This document shows positions 8,058 through 12,510 of a stretch of DNA of 12,510 bases, piece after piece. The stretch is from Gemmatimonadota bacterium (GTDB taxonomy: Bacteria > Gemmatimonadota > Gemmatimonadetes > Longimicrobiales > RSA9). The notes below the pieces were generated by a model. It made no database searches. It had not been told where the DNA came from and saw only the letters and a list, made by a program, of their open reading frames with translations. Within the stretch, counting starts at the first letter, position 1. Each line of letters opens with the position of its first letter. Where the stretch lies: contig JBBDRO010000010.1 in NCBI GenBank assembly GCA_040905425.1, positions 1 through 12,510 of the forward strand, written 5' to 3'. The translations under genes and the position numbers were made by a program.

Positions 8058-8400
8058 GAGCGACCATTCGATCGATTTGAATCCGAAGACCTTCCACATC
8101 CTCGTGGTACTGGCCGCCCGCCCGCTGCACGGCTACGCCATCCGGCACGAGGTGGAGGAGCGCACCGCGGGCGCCATCCGCCTGTGGCCCGCCACACTAT
8201 ACGGCGCGCTCGCGGAACTGGCCGAGGGGGGTCTGATCGAGGAGACGGCCCAGCCGGAGGACGAGCCGGCCGACGACCGCGGGCGGCGCTGGTACGCGCT
8301 GACGGCGCACGGCCGGCGGGCCCTGGCGGCGGAGGCAGCGCGGCTGGAGGAGCTGGCTGGCCTGGCACGCGCCCGGCTCGGGCTGGGGGAGGCCACATGA
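8056..8400 (+). CDS. PadR-family transcriptional regulator, module 2
   Basis: MSDHSIDLNPKTFHILVVLAARPLHGYAIRHEVEERT...PATLYGALAEL...GLIEE...RRWYALTAHGRRAL. 114 aa from ATG 8056; the 7864 start in the track runs through the intergenic region. Confidence 0.93.
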   Translation: MSDHSIDLNPKTFHILVVLAARPLHGYAIRHEVEERTAGAIRLWPATLYGALAELAEGGLIEETAQPEDEPADDRGRRWYALTAHGRRALAAEAARLEELAGLARARLGLGEAT

Positions 8401-11128
8401 GCGGGGCTGGGCACTCTCGCACCGCGGCGCTGGCCGCGCGCGTCTACGCGGTGGGCATCCGCCTGCTGCCCGGAGCCTTCCGTGATGCCCACGGACCCGA
8501 ACTACGCCGCTGCTTCCGCGCCATTGCCGTGGAGACCAGGGTCCGGCGAGGCCGGGTAGCGGTGGCAGGCGTGACGCTCCGTGCGCTGCTGGATGTCCTG
8601 ACCACCGCGCCCGGGCAGCACCTTGCGGGGGCACGGGCTCGGGTGCTGGGTGCGGGCGGAAGCTCCACGGGCCTCTGGCAGGACGTGCGGCACGCCGCTC
8701 GCCGGCTGCGCCGCCGACCCTCCTTTGCGCTCACCACGGTGCTCACGCTCGGCCTGGGCCTGGCGGCGGCCACCGCCGTGTTCAGCCTGGTGTACGGGGT
8801 GGTGCTGAGCCCGCTGCGCTACCCGGACGCCGGGCGCATCGTGCAACTGGACCATGCCGCTCCGGGCGTGGGCGCCGACGACGGGCTGGGCATGGCCTAC
8901 GGCTTTTACCGGCACTACGCCGAGCACGCGCGCGCGGCCGAGGCGCTGGCCCTCTACAACCACTTCGAGCAGACGCTCGTGGGTGCTGGCGATCCCGTCC
9001 GGCTATCGGGTGTGGCGGCCACGCCGTCGCTCGAGGCGGTGCTCGGCGTGCCGCCGGCGCTGGGCCGCTGGTTCACGGTGGCGGAGGGCCGCAGCGGCGC
9101 GCCCCTGGTGGTGGTGCTGGCGGACGGTCTGTGGCGCGAACGCTTCGGCGCCGACCCGTCCGTGCTGGGCCGCACCATCAACCTGGGGGGCGTGCAGCGG
9201 GAGGTGGTTGGGGTGATGCCGGCCACCTTTGCCTTTCCCTCGGCCGAGGTGGCGTTCTGGGTACCGCGGGTGGTGCCGGATACGCGGCTGGGCGGCTGGA
9301 ACGAGCAGGCTGTTGCGCGGCTGGCGCCAGGCACCGACGCCGCTGCGCTCCAGCATGAGCTGGCCTCTCTCCTCCCCGCCCTGCGCCAGGCTACCGATGA
9401 CCCCGCCACCCTGGCCGAATACCTGGACAACGCCCTCGTGAGCCCGCTGGTGGTGCCCCTCAAGGAGAGCATCGTGGGCCACGTGCGCCCCACCCTCTGG
9501 ATCCTGCTCGGCACCGTGAGCCTGGTGTTGCTGATTGCCGTGGCCAACGTGGCCAACCTCTTCCTGGCTCGCGCGGACGAGGCGCGGCGGGAGACGGCGC
9601 TGCGCCGGGCGCTCGGCGCGGGCCGGGGGCACATCGTGCGCGGCTTCCTGGTGGAGACGTTGCTGGTGGCGCTCATGGCCGGAGGTGTGGGGCTGGCGCT
9701 GGCCAGCGCGGCCATCAGGTGCTGCGGGCGCGCGCGCCGGTCAACGTGCCGCGGCTGGACGAGGTGGGCCTGCAGCCGGCGGTGCTGGCCGTGCTGCTCC
9801 TGGCCATCCTGGCGGCCGCCGTGGCGCTCGGACTCCTCCCCGCCTTCCGGGGCAGCGGGGACCCGGCCGCCGCCATGGCCGACGGCAGCCGCGGCGGCCG
9901 CGGCGGCACGGCGGGACGCTCCCACCGCCGGGGCCGTGACGTACTGATGGCCACACAGGTGGCACTGGCACTGGTGCTCCTCATCAGCTCGGGGCTGCTG
10001 CTGCGCACCTTCAGCGATCTGCGCGCCGTGGAGCTGGGCTTCAGCGCGCGCCAGGCGCTCACCTTCGAAGTGGGCCTGCCGGGCACACGCTACGGCACAC
10101 GAGCCGAGACGAAAGCCTTCCACGACCGCCTGACGGAGCGCCTGGCCGCGCTTCCGGGCGTGATTTCCGTGGGCGCCGTGGGCCAGTGCCTGCCGCTTTC
10201 CGGCAACATGTGCTGGGGTGAGGTGCTCGAGGCGGACGGAGGCGCCACCTTCGGTGCCGGGGAGATGGCGCCCGTGACGGGCACGCGCATAGCCTCGCGG
10301 GACTACTTCCGCACGCTCGGGATCGACGTCCGGGGCCGCGCGTTCGGCCCCGCCGACGAGACCGGCGCCGGCACGGTGGCGGTGCTGAGTCAGGCCGCCG
10401 CGGAGGCGTATTTCCCGGGAGTGGAGGCAATCGGCAGGCGGGTGCGCTTCGGAGCGCAGGGGCGCTGGCACACCGTGGTGGGTGTGGCGGCCAACGTACG
10501 AGCCAGGGTGGAGTCACAGGATGACGAGCGGCTGCAGCGCGTCATCTATCTGCCCCTCTTGCCCGAGGCGGAGGACGGCCCCGGTCCGGAGCGTATGACG
10601 TACGTGCTGGCGGCTAGCGTACCGCCGACCACGCTCACGCCCGCGGTCCGGCAGGCGGTGGCCGAGCTGGACCGGGCGGTTCCCCTTGCACAGGTCCGCA
10701 CCCTCCAGCAGATCATCGACCGCGCCACGGCACCCACCGCCTTTGCCCTCACGCTCGTGGGTGTGGCCGCCGCCATGGCGCTGCTGCTCGGCGCCGTGGG
10801 CGTCTACGCCGTCCTGGCGTACGCCGTGAGCCGGAGGACGGCCGAGATCGGCGTGCGCATGGCACTCGGCGCACGGGCCGCCGACGTGCGCGCCATGGTG
10901 CTCCGCCAGGGGGGCCGTGTGGTGCTGGTTGGTACAGCGGTGGGACTGGGCGCCGCACTGGCGCTCACCCGCCTGATGGAGGGGATGTTGTACGGCGTCA
11001 GCCCCACGGACCCGCTCAGTTACGCGGCGCTCACCGCCTTCATGCTCCTGGTGGCCGGATTTGCGCTGTGGCTCCCGGCGCGGCGGGCCGCGCGGGTTGA
11101 TCCCATGGAGGCGCTACGGGCGGACTAG
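8397..11128 (+). pseudogene. ADOP-type duplicated ABC permease, module 2, split by a single-base frameshift at ~9717-9719 (pseudogene or sequencing error)
   Basis: ATG 8397 overlaps the padR stop (ATGA). The first frame has QDVRHAARRLRRRPSFALTTVLTLGLGL and VLLIAVANVANLFLAR up to ...ASAAIR. Homology resumes at 9719 (VLRARAP...QVALALVLL...RRTAEIGVRMALGA...PARRAARVDPMEALRAD). One added G in CAGGTG gives a continuous 910-aa protein. Confidence 0.85.
11063..11088 (+). repeat. 26-bp exact direct repeat, copy 2 (within the 3' end of permease 2)
   Basis: Identical to 7980-8005. Encodes ALWLPARRA. Confidence 0.9.
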
Positions 11129-11160
11129 CCGGGCGCGGTGAACCACTCCAAGCGCCTCCG

Positions 11161-11601
11161 CTAGCCGACGCCCGTCCCCTGCTTCATCCTCTTCTCAGTC
11201 GGAATCACGAACTTGAGCCCGGACCAGGTCTCGTCCACCGCACACACCTTGATATCCACGAGGCCTACTTTCTTGCCGGCAGCCATGACCTGGCTCCGGC
11301 CGATCCCGCTCGCAATCCCTGATGACTTCTTCGGCCACGACGCCCACACCATGCCGTTCTCTTTCAGGGAGGATCGAGCACTGGCGAACGCTTGCTGCAG
11401 GACATCCGGGTTCGTGGCAAACAGATGGATGAAATCAGCTTTCTCACCACTATCCAGCTCTATCTGATCCAGACCCAGCGTGGCCGCGCTCCCTGCCAGC
11501 AGATCCCAGTAGTGCTCGGGGGGGCCGAGTAAAATGATCCGCATCCCCTGTTTCAGCCCGAGCTTTCGGACCAGGGGCGTCCCGGAATATCCCGCATTCA
11601 C
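11161..11601 (-). CDS. DUF3052-family protein
   Basis: AGYSGTPLVRKLGLK...GMVWASWPKKSSG...GLVDIKVCAVDETWSGLKFV. SD GGAGGT lies 7 nt before GTG 11601; the track start at 11610 is within the SD. Confidence 0.85.
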   Translation of the reverse strand: MNAGYSGTPLVRKLGLKQGMRIILLGPPEHYWDLLAGSAATLGLDQIELDSGEKADFIHLFATNPDVLQQAFASARSSLKENGMVWASWPKKSSGIASGIGRSQVMAAGKKVGLVDIKVCAVDETWSGLKFVIPTEKRMKQGTGVG

Positions 11602-11677
11602 CACGATCACCTCCAGCCAGGCTTGAGAGGATGCCGCCGACTCCAGATCTGCTGGACGACAGCGATCTCTCGGACAC

Positions 11678-11808
11678 CGACAACGTTTCAGCGGTTGCCG
11701 ACGTGCGCCCAGCGCATGTGCCGCGGCCTGTGCTCGGCTCGAAGATCGCCACCGACAATCCGCGGCTGAGCGGCCGCAAGGCCGCGAACGGGAACCGTCT
11801 TGTTATCT
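11678..11808 (-). mobile_element. attC-like gene-cassette recombination site (131 bp)
   Basis: On the gene strand, 20 nt after the toxin stop: AGATAAC-AAGAC-GGTTCCCG ... CGGCAACC-GCTGAAAC-GTTGTCG. It has terminal AAC/GTT triplets, inner arms complementary at 7 of 8, and internal stems GCGGCC-GCAA-GGCCGC (11770-11785), GCCGCGG/CCGCGGC (11720-11726/11760-11766) and TGCGC-CCA-GCGCA (11704-11716). Confidence 0.7.
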
Positions 11809-11828
11809 GCCGTTGTGCGGCCGTCAGG

Positions 11829-12161
11829 TCAGGACAGGATGAGAAGAGCTGCTTCTGCGTCGTTCTCAAAATCTCGTATCGTAGCTGTGCTGGCACGGAG
11901 CAGGTCCTCTATCTCCGTGACTGAGCAATTGCCGCGACGAATCCAGACTACCTTCGGCGGCGCTCCGTGCAGAAAGCTGAGCTGATGGAAATCCGAGTCC
12001 TTCGAGACAATAGTAAACTCGTTGGCACGAGCGTATGCCCACACTTCGTTGTCCGGGGCACGATGGAGGTCGTGCACACGAACGTGCGAAGAGCCCGGAA
12101 AGATCTCCTGCAGCTTCGAAACGAGTCCAGGAGCGAGATTCTGATCGAATAGCAGCTTCAC
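11829..12161 (-). CDS. DUF5615 PIN-like toxin (VapC45-type)
   Basis: MKLLFDQNL...HVRVHDL..APDNEVWAYA...IVSKDSDF...GAPPKVVWIRRGN with conserved acidic residues. GTG start overlaps the antitoxin stop (GTGA). Confidence 0.9.
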   Translation of the reverse strand: MKLLFDQNLAPGLVSKLQEIFPGSSHVRVHDLHRAPDNEVWAYARANEFTIVSKDSDFHQLSFLHGAPPKVVWIRRGNCSVTEIEDLLRASTATIRDFENDAEAALLILS

Positions 12162-12385
12162 GCCGGCGGGACGGACATCAACTTCCGCTCACGATCGGCC
12201 GCGAACGAGAGACATGCGCGGATGTCCTCACGCTCGAGATCCGGGAACTCATTGAGGATTTCGTCCTCGGTCATCCCGGACGCCAGGTACTCCAGCACGT
12301 CAGAGACGGTGATCCGCATGCCGCGGATGCACGGTTTACCGCCGCGCATCCCAGGCTCAATCGTGATGCGATCCTTGTAGTCCAT
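12158..12385 (-). CDS. DUF433 antitoxin
   Basis: RITIEPGMRGGKPCIRGMRITVSDVLEYLASGMTEDEILNEFPDLEREDIRACLSFAA is a typical DUF433 signature; directly upstream of the PIN-like gene. Confidence 0.93.
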   Translation of the reverse strand: MDYKDRITIEPGMRGGKPCIRGMRITVSDVLEYLASGMTEDEILNEFPDLEREDIRACLSFAADRERKLMSVPPA

Positions 12386-12390
12386 ACCTG

Positions 12391-12420
12391 AGAGTACCCC
12401 TCAACGCTCAGTTGGGTCAA
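12391..12420 (-). promoter_or_regulatory. Leaderless-type promoter of the TA operon
   Basis: Minus strand TTGACC (12420-12415), 18 nt, TACTCT (12396-12391), 5 nt, ATG 12385, with no SD. Confidence 0.65.
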
Positions 12421-12447
12421 GGGGCTTCCCGGCGCCCCTCCAAAGGA

Positions 12448-12475
12448 ATGGCGGATAACTGCTTTTATGTGACGT
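12448..12475. other. Tyrosine-recombinase simple site: attI-like / dif-like (11-6-11)
   Basis: Plus strand ATGGCGGATAA-CTGCTT-TTATGTGACGT versus E. coli dif GGTGCGCATAA-TGTATA-TTATGTTAAAT: 7/11 and 8/11 identity in the arms, with the ATAA-N6-TTAT core intact. Confidence 0.5.
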
Positions 12476-12510
12476 GGCCCTCCGCCTACCCGATCGCTGG
12501 AGTTCAAATT

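Larger units (their letters stand above)
11684..12458 (-). mobile_element. Putative 775-bp toxin-antitoxin gene cassette
   Basis: Starts at G|TTATCCGCC (12459-12450). Its downstream inverse core GGCAGATAAC (reverse complement GTTATCTGCC, 11802-11811) matches the start at 9 of 10 positions, as expected for a circularisable cassette. Confidence 0.65.

Noticed and set aside
9720..9947. C-terminal tail of the 587-aa ORF (CCGRARRSTC...AAAAAAAARR)
   Set aside because: Out-of-frame read-through after the frameshift; the permease homology is in the 9719 frame.
11675..11758. CACCGACAA repeated at 11675 and 11750, plus a second inverse-core-like CCGCACAAC at 11812-11820
   Set aside because: Could be alternative core pairings, but too short to support an independent call without folding calculations.
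11450..11985. Small ORFs at 11450-11896, 11631-11924 and 11800-11985 across the attC-like region
   Set aside because: They overlap real genes, have no motifs or SD, and the region is better explained as a structured recombination site.

Overview
High-GC accessory region, probably from Gemmatimonadota or Acidobacteriota (inferred from the PadR-ADOP pairs and apparently leaderless promoters). Left, minus strand: a DUF805 membrane protein running off the window, a Fic-family protein, and an AAA_14/DUF4143 ATPase preceded by a sigma70-type promoter overlapped by a tandem palindromic operator. Centre: two divergent PadR + duplicated orphan ABC-permease (ADOP/MacB-FtsX type) modules. The leftward one continues into a secreted two-domain protein and a PD40 beta-propeller lipoprotein. 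The rightward permease has a single-base frameshift, and that module is bracketed by an exact 26-bp direct repeat that is a relic of a permease 3' end. Right, lower GC, minus strand: a DUF433/DUF5615(PIN) toxin-antitoxin pair and a DUF3052 gene arranged like integron gene cassettes. An atypical branched attC-like site lies at 11678-11808, and the matching core at 12450-12459 sits inside a dif/Xer-like 11-6-11 site. No integrase or ABC ATPase is in the window. Family assignments come from motif recognition by eye, not from database searches.
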